A stretch of 64,000 bases of DNA from Eledone cirrhosa (Eukaryota). Shown here piece after piece: positions 1 through 11,732 of the stretch. The stretch lies in assembly GCA_964016885.1 (NCBI GenBank), contig OZ024740.1:251286001-251350000 (forward strand). The letters are read 5' to 3'. Under the pieces are notes generated by a model. That model saw only the letters and a program-made list of their open reading frames with translations, did no database searches and was not told the origin of the DNA. The position numbers were made by a program, and so were the translations under genes. How positions within the stretch are numbered: position 1 is the first letter of the stretch; the number at the start of each line of letters is the position of its first letter.

Positions 1-85
1 TTTTTTTTACAAATTATCTCCCCCTGATTTTTTTACAAATTATCTCCCCCTGATTTTTTTTACAATCTCCGCCTGATTTTTTTAA

Positions 86-281
86 AAATTATCTTCCCTT
101 GGCTGGCGGGAAATTATCTCCCCTTGGACGGCTGGAAATTATCTCCCCTTGGAAGGATGGAAATTATCTCCCCTTGGACGGCTGGAAATTATCTCCCCTT
201 GCACGGCTGGAAATTATCTCCCCTTGGCTGGAAATTATCTCCCCTTGGACGGCTAGAAATTATCTCTCTTTGGATGGCTGG
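86..281 (+). repeat. A-cassette M1 (8 variant A monomers, 196 bp; tails GCTGGCGGG / consensus / GAAGGATGG / consensus / CACGGCTGG / 21-bp deleted unit / CTAG / CTCTTTGGATGG)
   Basis: The same ordered variant series (minor SNPs aside) recurs near 99, 2581, 4792, 6862, 10782, 12678, 16553, 19936, 22418, 24629, 29155, 32028, 37025, 40408, 42890, 45101, 49793, 52666, 55148, 57359 and 62050 (21 copies, tracked with the spurious MAGGK and overlapping MDGWK ORFs). Confidence 0.93.
111..135 (+). repeat. Representative type A monomer AAATTATCTCCCCTTGGACGGCTGG (25 bp, 13/25 GC, one CpG)
   Basis: Read directly; exact copies occur throughout the window. Confidence 0.99.
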
Positions 282-869
282 AAATTATCTCCCTTTGATT
301 TTTTTTACAAATTATCTCCCTCTGATTTTTTTTACAAATCTCCCCCTGATTTTTTTTTACAAATTATCTCCCCCTGATTTTTTTTACAAACTATCGCCCC
401 TGATTTTTTTACAAATTATCTCCCCTTGGCTGGCTGGAAATTATCTCCCCTTGGAGGCTGGAATTTATCTCCCTTTGGACGGCTAGAAATTACCTCTCCT
501 TGGACGGCTGGAAAATATGTCTCCTTGGACGGCTGGAAATTATCTCCCCTTGGACGGCTGGAAATTACCTCTCCTTGGACGGCTGAAAATTATCTCCCCT
601 TGGACGGCTGGAAATTATCTCCCCTTGATTTTTTTACAAATTATCTCCCCCTGATTTTTTTTACAATCTCCGCCTGATTTTTTAAAAAATTATCTTCCCT
701 TGGCTGGCGGGAAATTATCTCCCCTTGGACGGCTGGAAATTATCTCCCCTTGGACGGCTAGAAATTATCTCTCTTTGGACGGCTGGAAATTATCTCCCCT
801 TGATTTTTTTTACAAATTATCTCCCCCTGATTTTTTTTACAAATTATCCCCGCATGATTTTTAAAAAAA

Positions 870-968
870 AAATTATCTCCCCTTCGCTGGCTGGAAATTA
901 TCTCCCCTTGGACGCTGGAAATTATAGCCCCTTGGAGGGCTGGAAATTATCTTCCCTTGGACGGCTGG
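870..968 (+). repeat. A-cassette M4 (TTCGCTGGCTGG / 24-bp GGACGCTGG / TTATAGCCCCTTGGAGGG / TTATCTTCCC), a very frequent cassette
   Basis: The diagnostic ATAGCCCC monomer occurs more than 50 times by eye count, always in this order and after a TnAm junction. Confidence 0.92.
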
Positions 969-1207
969 AAATTATCTCCCCTTGATTTTTTTTACAAATT
1001 ATCTCCCCCTGATTTTTTTTTACAAATTATCTCCCCCTGATTTTTTTTTTTACAAATTATCTCCGCCTGATTTTTAAAAAAAAATTATCTCCCCTTGGAC
1101 GGCTGGAAATTATCTCCCCTTGGACGGCTGGAAATTATCTCCCCTTGGACGGCTAGAAATTACCTCTCCTTGGACGGCTGAAAATTATCTCCCATTGGAC
1201 GGCTGCA

Positions 1208-1646
1208 AATTATCTCCCCTTGATTTTTTTTACAAATTATCTCCCGCTGATTTTTTTTACAAATTATCTCCCCCTGATTTTTTTTACAAATTATCTCCCC
1301 CTGATTTTTTTTTACAAATTATCTCCCCCTGATTTTTTTTTACAAATTATCTCCCCCTGATTTTTTTTACAAATTATCTCCCCCTGATTTTTTTTACAAA
1401 TTATCTCCCCCTGATTTTCTTTTACAAATTATCTCCCCTTGATTTTTTTTTACAAATTATCTCCCCCTGATTTTTTTTTTACAAATTATCTCCCCCTGAT
1501 TTTTTTACAAATTATCTCCCCCTGATTTTTTTTACAAATTATCTCCCCCTGATTTTTTTTACAAATTATCTCCCCTTGATTTTTTTTTACAAATTATCTC
1601 CCCCTGATTTTTTTTTTACAAATTATCTCCCCCTGATTTTTTTAAA
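1208..1646 (+). repeat. Long pure-B run (16 monomers) with a fixed T-tract length series; 16-monomer copies near 9410, 15180, 17690, 21045, 35650, 38160, 41520 and 53775; 17-monomer versions near 47680 and 59935
   Basis: T lengths counted as 8,8,8,9,9,8,8,9,9,10,7,8,8,9,10,7 here and identically at 21045-21485; other copies judged by eye. Confidence 0.9.
1261..1287 (+). repeat. Representative type B monomer AAATTATCTCCCCCTGA(T8)AC (27 bp, 8/27 GC); T tract varies T7-T11
   Basis: Read directly; exact copies occur throughout the window. Confidence 0.99.
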
Positions 1647-4600
1647 AATTATCTTCCCTTGGCTGGCGGGAAATTATCTCCCCTTGGACGGCTGGAAATT
1701 ATCTCCCCTTGGAAGGATGTAAATTATCTCCCCTTGGACGGCTGGAAATTATCTCCCCTTGCACGGCTGGAAATTATCTCCCCTTGATTTTTTTTACAAA
1801 TTATCTCCCCCTGATTTTTTTTTACAAATTATCTCCCCCTGATTTTTTTTTACAAATTATCTCCCCCTGATTTTTTTTACAAATTATCTCCCCCTGATTT
1901 AAAAAAAAAAAATTATCTCCTCTTCGCTGGCTGGAAATTATCTCCCCTTGGACGCTGGAAATTATAGCCCCTTGGAGGGCTGGAAATTATCTTCCCTTGG
2001 ACGGCTGGAAATTATCTTCCCTTGGACGGCTGGAAATTATCTCCCCTTGATTTTTTTTACAAATTATCTCCCCCTGATTTTTTTTTACAAATTATCTCCC
2101 CCTGATTTTTTTTTACAAATTATCTCCCCCTGATTTTTTTTTTACAAATTATCTCCGCTTGATTTTTAAAAAAAAATTATCTCCCCTTGGACGGCTGGAA
2201 ATTATCTCCCCTTGGACGGCTGGAAATTATCTCCCCTTGGACGGCTAGAAATTATCTCTCCTTGGACGGCTGAAAATTATCTCCCCCTTGGACGGCTGCA
2301 AATTATCTCCCCTTGATTTTTTTTACAAATTATCTCCCCCTAATTTTTTTTTACAAATTATCTCCCCCTCATTTTTTTTACAAATTATCTACCCCTGATT
2401 TTTTTTACAAATTATCTCCCCCTGATTTTTTTTTACAAATTATCTCCCTCTGATTTTTTTTTACAAATTATCTCCCCCTGATTTTTTTTTTACAAATTAT
2501 CTCCCCCTGATTTTTTTAAAAATTATCTCCCCCTGATTTTTTTACAATCTCCGCCTGATTTTTTTAAAAATTATCTTCCCTTGGCTGGCGGGAAATTATC
2601 TCCCCTTGGACGGCTGGAAATTATCTCCCCTTGGAAGGATGGAAATTATCTCCCCTTGGACGGCTGGAAATTATCTCCCCTTGCACGGCTGGAAATTATC
2701 TCCCCTTGGCTGGAAATTATCTCCCCTTGGACGGCTAGAAATTATCTCTCTTTGGACGGCTGGAAATTATGTCCCTTTGATTTTTTTTACAAATTATCTA
2801 CCTCTGATATTTTTTACAAATCTCCCCCTGATTTTTTAAAAAAAATTATCTCCCCTTCGCTGGCTGGAAATTATCTCCCCTTGGACACTGGAAATTATAG
2901 CCCCTTGGAGGGCTGGAAATTATCTTCCCTTGGACGGCTGGAAATTATCTCCCCTTGATTGTTTTTACAAATTATCTCCGCCTGATTTTTTTTAAAAATT
3001 ATCTCTCCTTGGACGGCTGGAAATTATCTCCCCTTGATTTTTTTTACAAATTATCTCCCCCTGATTTTTTTTTACAAATTATCTCCCCCTAATTTTTTTT
3101 TACAAATTATCTACCCCTGATTTTTTTTACAAATTATCTCCCCCTGATTTTTTTTACAAATTATCTCCCCCTGATTTTTCTTTTACAAATTATCTCCCCC
3201 TGATTTTTTTACAAATTATCTCCCCCTGATTTTTTTTACAAATTATCTCCGCCTGATTTTTTTAAATATTATCTTCCCTTGGCTGGCGGGAAATTATCTC
3301 CCCTTGGACGGCTGGAAATTATCTGCCCTTGATTTTGTTTTTACAAATTATCTTCCACTGATTTTTTTTACAAATTATCTCCACCTGATTTTTTAAAAAA
3401 ATTATCTCCCCTTGGAAGGCTGGAAATTATCTCCCCTTGGACGGCTAGAAATTATCTCTCTTTGGACGGCTGGAAATTATCTCCCCTTGATTTTTTTTAC
3501 AAATTATCTCCCCCTGATTTTTTTTACAAATATCCCAGTGATTTTTTTTAAAAAATTATCTCCCCTTCGCTGGCTGGAAATTATCTCCCCTTGGATGCTG
3601 GAAATTATAGCCCCTTGGAGGGCTGGAAATTATCTTCCCTTGGACGGCTGGAAATTATCTCCCCTTGATTTTTTTTACAAATTATCTCCCCCTGATTTTT
3701 TTTTTCAAATTATCTCCCCCTGATTTTTTTTTACAAATTTTCTCCCCCTGATTTTTTTTTACAACTTATCTCCGCCTGATTTTTTTTAAAAAATCATCTC
3801 CCCTTGGACGGCTGGAAATTATCTCCCCTTGGACGGCTGGAAATTATCTCTCCTTGGACGGCTAGAAATTACCTCTCCTTGGACAATTGAAAATTATCTC
3901 CCCTTGGACGGCTGGAAATTATCTCCCCTTGATTTTTTTTACAAATTATCTCCCCCTGATTTTTTTTACAAATTATCTCCCCTGATTTTTTTTTACAAAT
4001 TATCTCCCCCTGATTTTTTTTTACAAATTATCTCCCCCTGATTTTTTTTACAAATTATCTCCCCCTGATTTTTTTACAAATTATCTCCCCTTGGCTGGCT
4101 GGAAATTATCTCCCCTTGGAGGCAGGAATTTATCTCCCCTTGGACGGGTAGAAATTACCTCTCCTTGGACGGCTGGAAAATATGTCTCCTTGGACGGCTG
4201 GAAATTATCTCCCCTTGGACGGCTGGAAATTATCTCCCCTTGGACGGCTGGAAATTATCTCCCCTTGGACGGCTAGAAATTACTTCTCCTTGGACGGCTG
4301 AAAATTATCTCCCCTTGGACGGCTGGAAATTATCTCCCCTTGATTTTTTTACAAATTATCTCCCCCTGATTTTTTTTTACAAATTATCTCCCCCTGATTT
4401 TTTTTACAAATTATCTCCCCCTGATTTTTTTTACAAATTATCTCCCCCTGATTTTTTTTACAAATTATCTCCGCCTGATTTTTTTAAATATTATCTCTCC
4501 TTGGCTGGCGGGAAATTATCTCCCCTTGGACGGCTGCAAATTATCTCCGCTTGATTTTTTTTACAAATTATCTCCCCCTGATTTTTTTTTAAAAATTATC

Positions 4601-6175
4601 TCCCCTTGATTTTTTTTACAAATTATCTCTCCTGATTTTTTTTTACAAATTATCTCCCCCTGATTTTTTTTTACAAATTATCTCCCCCTGATTTTTTTTT
4701 TACAAATTATCTCCCCCTGATTTTTTTACAAATTATCTCCCCCTGATTTTTTTTACAATCTCCGCTTGATTTTTTTAAAAATTATCTTCCCTTGGCTGGC
4801 GGGAAATTATCTCCCCTTGGACGGCTGGAAATTATCTCCCCTTGGAAGGATGGAAATTATCTCCCCTTGGACGGCTGGAAATTATCTCCCCTTGCACGGC
4901 TGGAAATTATCTCCCCTTGGCTGGAAATTATCTCCCCTTGGACGGCTAGAAATTATCTCTCTTTGGATGGCTGGAAATTATCTCCCTTTGATTTTTTTAC
5001 AAATTATCTCCCTCTGATTTTTTTTACAAATCTCGCCCTGATTTTTTTTTACAAATTATCTCCCCCTGATTTTTTTTACAAACTATCTCCCCCTGATTTT
5101 TTTACAAATTATCTCCCCTTGGCTGGCTGGAAATTATCTCCCCTTGGAGGCTGGAATTTATCTCCCCTTGGACGGCTAGAAATTACCTCTCCTTGGACGG
5201 CTGGAAAATATGTCTCCTTGGACGGCTGGAAATTATCTCCCCTTGGACGGCTGGAAATTACCTCTCCTTGGACGGCTGAAAATTATCTCCCCTTGATTTT
5301 TTTACAAATTATCTCCCCCTGATTTTTTTTTTACAAATTATCTCCCCCTGATTTTTTTTACAAATTATCTACGCCTGATTTTTTTAAATATTATCTCTCC
5401 TTGGCTGGCGGGAAATTATCTCCCCTTGGACGGCTGGAAATTATCTCCCCTTGGAAGGATGGAAATTATCTCCCCTTGGACGGCTGGAAATTATCTCCCC
5501 TTGCACTGCTGGAAATTATCTCCCCTTGGACGGCTGGAAATTATCTGCCCTTGATTTTGTTTTTACAAATTATCTTCCCCTGATTATTTTTACAAATTAT
5601 CTCCACCTGATTTTTAAAAAAATTATCTACCCTTGGACGGCTGGAAATTATCTCCCCTTGGCTGGAAATTATCTCCCCTTGGACGGCTAGAAATTATCTC
5701 TCTTTGGACGGCTGGAAATTATCTCCCCTTGATTTTTTTTACAAATTATCTCCCCCTGATTTTTTTTACAAATTATCCCCCCATGATTTTTAAAAAAAAA
5801 ATTATCTCCCCTTCGCTGGCTGGAAATTATCTCCCCTTGGACGCTGGAAATTATAGCCCCTTGGAGGGCTGGAAATTATCTTCCCTTGGACGGCTGGAAA
5901 TTATCTCCCCTTGATTTTTTTTACAAATTATCTCCCCCTGATTTTTTTTTACAAATTATCTCCCCCTGATTTTTTTTTTACAAATTATCTCCGCCTGATT
6001 TTTTTAAAAAAATTATCTCCCCTTGGACGGCTGGAAATTATCTCCCCTTGGACGGCTGGAAATTATCTCCCGTTGGACGGCTAGAAATTACCTCTCCTTG
6101 GACGGCTGAAAATTATCTCCCCTTGGACGGCTGCAAATTATCTCCCCTTGATTTTTTTTACAAATTATCCCCCCA

Positions 6176-9100
6176 TGATTTAAAAAAAAAAAATTATCTC
6201 CCCTTCGCTGGCTGGAAATTATCTCCCCTTGGACGCTGGAAATTATAGCCCCTTGGAGGGCTGGAAATTATCTTCCCTTGGACGGCTGGAAATTATCTTC
6301 CCTTGGACGGCTGGAAATTATCTCCCCTTGATTTTTTTTACAAATTATCTCCCCCTGATTTTTTTTTACAAATTATCTCCCCCTGATTTTTTTTTACAAA
6401 TTATCTCCCCCTGATTTTTTTTTTACAAATTATCTCCGCTTGATTTTTAAAAAAAAATTATCTCCCCTTGGACGGCTGGAAATTATCTCCCCTTGGACGG
6501 CTGGAAATTATCTCCCCTTGGACGGCTAGAAATTATCTCTCCTTGGACGGCTGAAAATTATCTCCCCTTGGACGGCTGCAAATTATCTCCCCTTGATTTT
6601 TTTTACAAATTATCTCCCCCTGATTTTTTTTTACAAATTATCTCCCCCTCATTTTTTTTACAAATTATCTACCCCTGATTTTTTTTACAAATTATCTCCC
6701 CCTGATTTTTTTTTACAAATTATCTCCCCCTGATTTTTTTTTACAAATTATCTCCCCCTGATTTTTTTTTTACAAATTATCTCCCCCTGATTTTTTTACA
6801 AATTATCTCCCCCTGATTTTTTTTACAATCTCCGCCTGATTTTTTTAAAAATTATCTTCCCTTGGCTGGCGGGAAATTATCTCCCCTTGGACGGCTGGAA
6901 ATTATCTCCCCTTGGAAGGATGGAAATTATCTCCCCTTGGACGGCTGGAAATTATCTCCCCTTGCACGGCTGGAAATTATCTCCCCTTGGCTGGAAATTA
7001 TCTCCCCTTGGACGGCTAGAAATTATCTCTCTTTGGATGGCTGGAAATTATCTCCCTTTGATTTTTTTTACAAATTATCTCCCTCTGATTTTTTTTACAA
7101 ATCTCCCCCTGATTTTTTTTTACAAATTATCTCTCCCTGATTTTTTTTACAAACTATCGCCCCTGATTTTTTTACAAATTATCTCCCCTTGGCTGGCTGG
7201 AAATTATCTCCCCTTGGAGGCTGGAATTTATCTCCCCTTGGACGGCTAGAAATTACCTCTCCTTGGACGGCTGGAAAATATGTCTCCTTGGACGGCTGGA
7301 AATTATCTCCCCTTGGACGGCTGGAAATTACCTCTCCTTGGACGGCTGAAAATTATCTCCCCTTGGACGGCTGGAAATTATCTCCCCTTGATTTTTTTAC
7401 AAATTATCTCCCCCTGATTTTTTTTTTACAAATTATCTCCCCCTGATTTTTTTTACAAATTATCTACGCCTGATTTTTTTAAATATTATCTCTCCTTGGC
7501 TGGCGGGAAATTATCTCCCCTTGGAAGGATGGAAATTATCTCCCCTTGACGGCTGGAAATTATCTCCCCTTGCACTGCTGGAAATTATCTCCCCTTGGAC
7601 GGCTGGAAATTATCTGCCCTTGATTTTGTTTTTACAAATTATCTTCCCCTGATTATTTTTACAAATTATCTCCACCTGATTTTTTAAAAAATTATCTCCC
7701 CTTGGACGGCTGGAAATTATCTCCCCTTGGCTGGAAATTATCTCCCCTTGGACGGCTAGAAATTATCTCTCTTTGGACGGCTGGAAATTATCTCCCCTTG
7801 ATTTTTTTTACAAATTATCTCCCCCTGATTTTTTTTACAAATTATCTCCCCATGATTTTTAAAAAAAAAATTATCTCCCCTTCGCTGGCTGGAAATTATC
7901 TCCCCTTGGACGCTGGAAATTATAGCCCCTTGGAGGGCTGGAAATTATCTTCCCTTGGACGGCTGGAAATTATCTCCCCTTGATTTTTTTTACAAATTAT
8001 CTCCCGCTGATTTTTTTTTACAAATTATCTCCCCCTGATTTTTTTTTTACAAATTATCTCCGCCTGATTTTTTTAAAAAAATTATCTCCCCTTGGACGGC
8101 TGGAAATTATCTCCCCTTGGACGGCTGGAAATTATCTCCCCTTGGACGGCTAGAAATTACCTCTCCTTGGACGGCTGAAAATTATCTCCCCTTGGACGGC
8201 TGCAAATTATCTCCCCTTGATTTTTTTTACAAATTATCCCCCCATGATTTTTAAAAAAAAAATTATCTCCCCTTCGCTGGCTGGAAATTATCTCCCCTTG
8301 GACGCTGGAAATTATAGCCTCTTGGAGGGCTGGAAATTATCTTCCCTTGGACGGCTGGAAATTATCTCCCCTTGATTTTTTTTACAAATTATCTCCCCCT
8401 GATTTTTTTTTACAAATTATCTCCCACTGATTTTTTTTTACAAATTATCTCCCCCTGATTTTTTTTTACAAATTATCTCCGCCTGATTTTTTAAAAAAAA
8501 TTATCTCCCCTTGGACGGCTGGAAATTATCTCCCCTTGGACGGCTGGAAATTATCTCCCCTTGGACGGCTAGAAATTACCTCTCCTTGGACGGCTGAAAA
8601 TTATCTCCCCTTGGACGGCTGCAAATTATCTCCCCTTGATTTTTTTTACAAATTATCTCCCCCTGATTTTTTTTACAAATTATCTCCCCCTGATTTTTTT
8701 ACAAATTATCTCCCCCTGATTTTTTTTTACAAATTATCTCCCCCTGATTTTTTTTTACAAATTATCTCCCCCTGATTTTTTTTACAAATTATCTCCCCCT
8801 GATTTTTTTTACAAATTATCTCCCCCTGATTTTTTTTACAATCTCCGCCTGATTTTTTAAAAAATTATCTTCCCTTCGCTGGCGGGAAATTATCTCCCCT
8901 TGGACGGCTGGAAATTATCTCCCCTTGGACGGCTAGAAATTATCTCTCTTTGGACGGCTGGAAATTATCTCCCCTTGATTTTTTTTACAAATTATCTCCC
9001 CCTGATTTTTTTTACAAATTATCCCCGCATGATTTTTAAAAAAAAAATTATCTCCCCTTCGCTGGCTGGAAATTATCTCCCCTTGGACGCTGGAAATTAT

Positions 9101-11732
9101 AGCCCCTTGGAGGGCTGGAAATTATCTTCCCTTGGACGGCTGGAAATTATCTCCCCTTGATTTTTTTACAAATTATCTCCCCCTGATTTTTTTTTACAAA
9201 TTATCTCCCCCTGATTTTTTTTTACAAATTATCTCCCCCTGATTTTTTTTTTTACAAATTATCTCCGCCTGATTTTTAAAAAAAAATTATCTCCCCTTGG
9301 ACGGCTGGAAATTATCTCCCCTTGGACGGCTGGAAATTATCTCCCCTTGGACGGCTAGAAATTACCTCTCCTTGGACGGCTGAAAATTATCTCCCCTTGG
9401 ACGGCTGCAAATTATCTCCCCTTGATTTTTTTTACAAATTATCTCCCCCTGATTTTTTTTACAAATTATCTCCCCCTGATTTTTTTTACAAATTATCTCC
9501 CCCTGATTTTTTTTTACAAATTATCTCCCCTTGATTTTTTTTTACAAATTATCTCCCCCTGATTTTTTTTACAAATTATCTCCCCCTGATTTTTTTTACA
9601 AATTATCTCCCCCTGATTTTTTTTAATAAATTATCTCCCCTTGATTTTTTTTTACAAATTATCTCCCCCTGATTCTTTTTTTACAAATTATCTCCCCCTG
9701 ATTTTTTTACAAATTATCTCCCCCTGATTTTTTTTACAAATTATCTCCCCCTGATTTTTTTTACAAATTATCTCCCCTTGATTTTTTTTTACAAATTATC
9801 TCCCCCTGATTTTTTTTTACAAATTATCTCCCCCTGATTTTTTTAAAAATTATCTTCCCTTGGCTGGCGGGAAATTATCTCCCCTTGGACGGCTGGAAAT
9901 TATCTCCCCTTGGAAGGATGTAAATTATCTCCCCTTGGACGGCTGGAAATTATCTCCCCTTGCACGGCTGGAAATTATCTCCCCTTGATTTTTTTTACAA
10001 ATTATCTCCCCCTGATTTTTTTTTACAAATTATCTCCCCCTGATTTTTTTTTACAAATTATCTCCCCCTGATTTTTTTTACAAATTATCTCCCCCTGATT
10101 TAAAAAAAAAAAATTATCTCCCCTTCGCTGGCTGGAAATTATCTCCCCTTGGACGCTGGAAATTATAGCCCCTTGGAGGGCTGGAAATTATCTTCCCTTG
10201 GACGGCTGGAAATTATCTTCCCTTGGACGGCTGGAAATTATCTCCCCTTGATTTTTTTTACAAATTATCTCCCCCTGATTTTTTTTTACAAATTATCTCC
10301 CCCTGATTTTTTTTTACAAATTATCTCCCCCTGATTTTTTTTTTACAAATTATCTCCGCTTGATTTTTAAAAAAAAATTATCTCCCCTTGGACGGCTGGA
10401 AATTATCTCCCCTTGGACGGCTGGAAATTATCTCCCCTTGGACGGCTAGAAATTATCTCTCCTTGGACGGCTGAAAATTATCTCCCCTTGGACGGCTGCA
10501 AATTATCTCCCCTTGATTTTTTTTACAAATTATCTCCCCCTGATTTTTTTTTACAAATTATCTCCCCCTCATTTTTTTTACAAATTATCTACCCCTGATT
10601 TTTTTTACAAATTATCTCCCCCTGATTTTTTTTTACAAATTATCTCCCCCTGATTTTTTTTTACAAATTATCTCCCCCTGATTTTTTTTTTACAAATTAT
10701 CTCCCCCTGATTTTTTTACAAATTATCTCCCCCTGATTTTTTTTACAATCTCCGCCTGATTTTTTTAAAAATTATCTTCCCTTGGCTGGCGGGAAATTAT
10801 CTCCCCTTGGACGGCTGGAAATTATCTCCCCTTGGAAGGATGGAAATTATCTCCCCTTGGACGGCTGGAAATTATCTCCCCTTGCACGGCTGGAAATTAT
10901 CTCCCCTTGGCTGGAAATTATCTCCCCTTGGACGGCTAGAAATTAACTCTCTTTGGATGGCTGGAAATTATCTCCCTTTGATTTTTTTTACAAATTATCT
11001 CCCTCTGATTTTTTTTACAAATCTCCCCCTGATTTTTTTTTACAAATTATCTCCCCCTGATTTTTTTTACAAACTATCGCCCCTGATTTTTTTACAAATT
11101 ATCTCCCCTTGGCTGGCTGGAAATTATCTCCCCTTGGAGGCTGGAATTTATCTCCCCTTGGACGGCTAGAAATTACCTCTCCTTGGACGGCTGGAAAATA
11201 TGTCTCCTTGGACGGCTGGAAATTATCTCCCCTTGGACGGCTGGAAATTACCTCTCCTTGGACGGCTGAAAATTATCTCCCCTTGGACGGCTGGAAATTA
11301 TCTCCCCTTGATTTTTTTACAAATTATCTCCCCCTGATTTTTTTTTACAAATTATCTCCCCCTGATTTTTTTTATAAATTATCTACGCCTGATTTTTTTA
11401 AATATTATCTCTCCTTGGCTGGCGGGAAATTATCTCCCCTTGGAAGGATGGAAATTATCTCCCCTTGACGGATGGAAATTATCTCCCCTTGCACTGCTGG
11501 AAATTATCTCCCCTTGGACGGCTGGAAATTATCTGCCCTTGATTTTGTTTTTACAAATTATCTTCCCCTGATTATTTTTACAAATTATCTCCACCTGATT
11601 TTTTAAAAAATTATCTCCCCTTGGACGGCTGGAAATTATCTCCCCTTGGCTGGAAATTATCTCCCCTTGGACGGCTAGAAATTATCTCTCTTTGGACGGC
11701 TGGAAATTATCTCCCCTTGATTTTTTTTACAA
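6176..11732 (+). repeat. Direct repeat pair at ~3,920-bp spacing (6176-7813 matches 10096-11732)
   Basis: Offsets 6229/10149, 6493/10413 and 7189/11109 all equal 3920. A shared 1-bp deletion (CCCCTTGACGG) is seen only at ~7542 and ~11461. Confidence 0.88.

Larger units (their letters stand above)
1..6297 (+). repeat. Partial copy of the ~12.2-kb higher-order unit H; matches 19838-26160 and 40310-46632
   Basis: Constant ORF-track offset of 19837 (99/19936, 2581/22418, 4792/24629), then 19862 after a missing 25-bp A monomer near 5281. Shared rare variants: CCCTTTGG ~471, CCTAATT ~2341, GATTGTTT ~2957, GGATGCTG ~3593. Confidence 0.92.

Noticed and set aside
102-109. GCTGGCGG, one mismatch from E. 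coli Chi (GCTGGTGG), at the start of many A cassettes
   Set aside because: It is not an exact Chi, it is simply derived from the A tail, and nothing indicates a RecBCD context.
560-569. NF-kB-like GGAAATTACC / GGGAAATT motifs
   Set aside because: They do not fit GGGRNWYYCC fully and are incidental monomer variants.
1208-1646. Rho-independent terminators or retroposon poly(A) tails at T tracts
   Set aside because: There is no GC hairpin before the T tracts and no target-site duplication or element body. The tracts are integral to monomer B.
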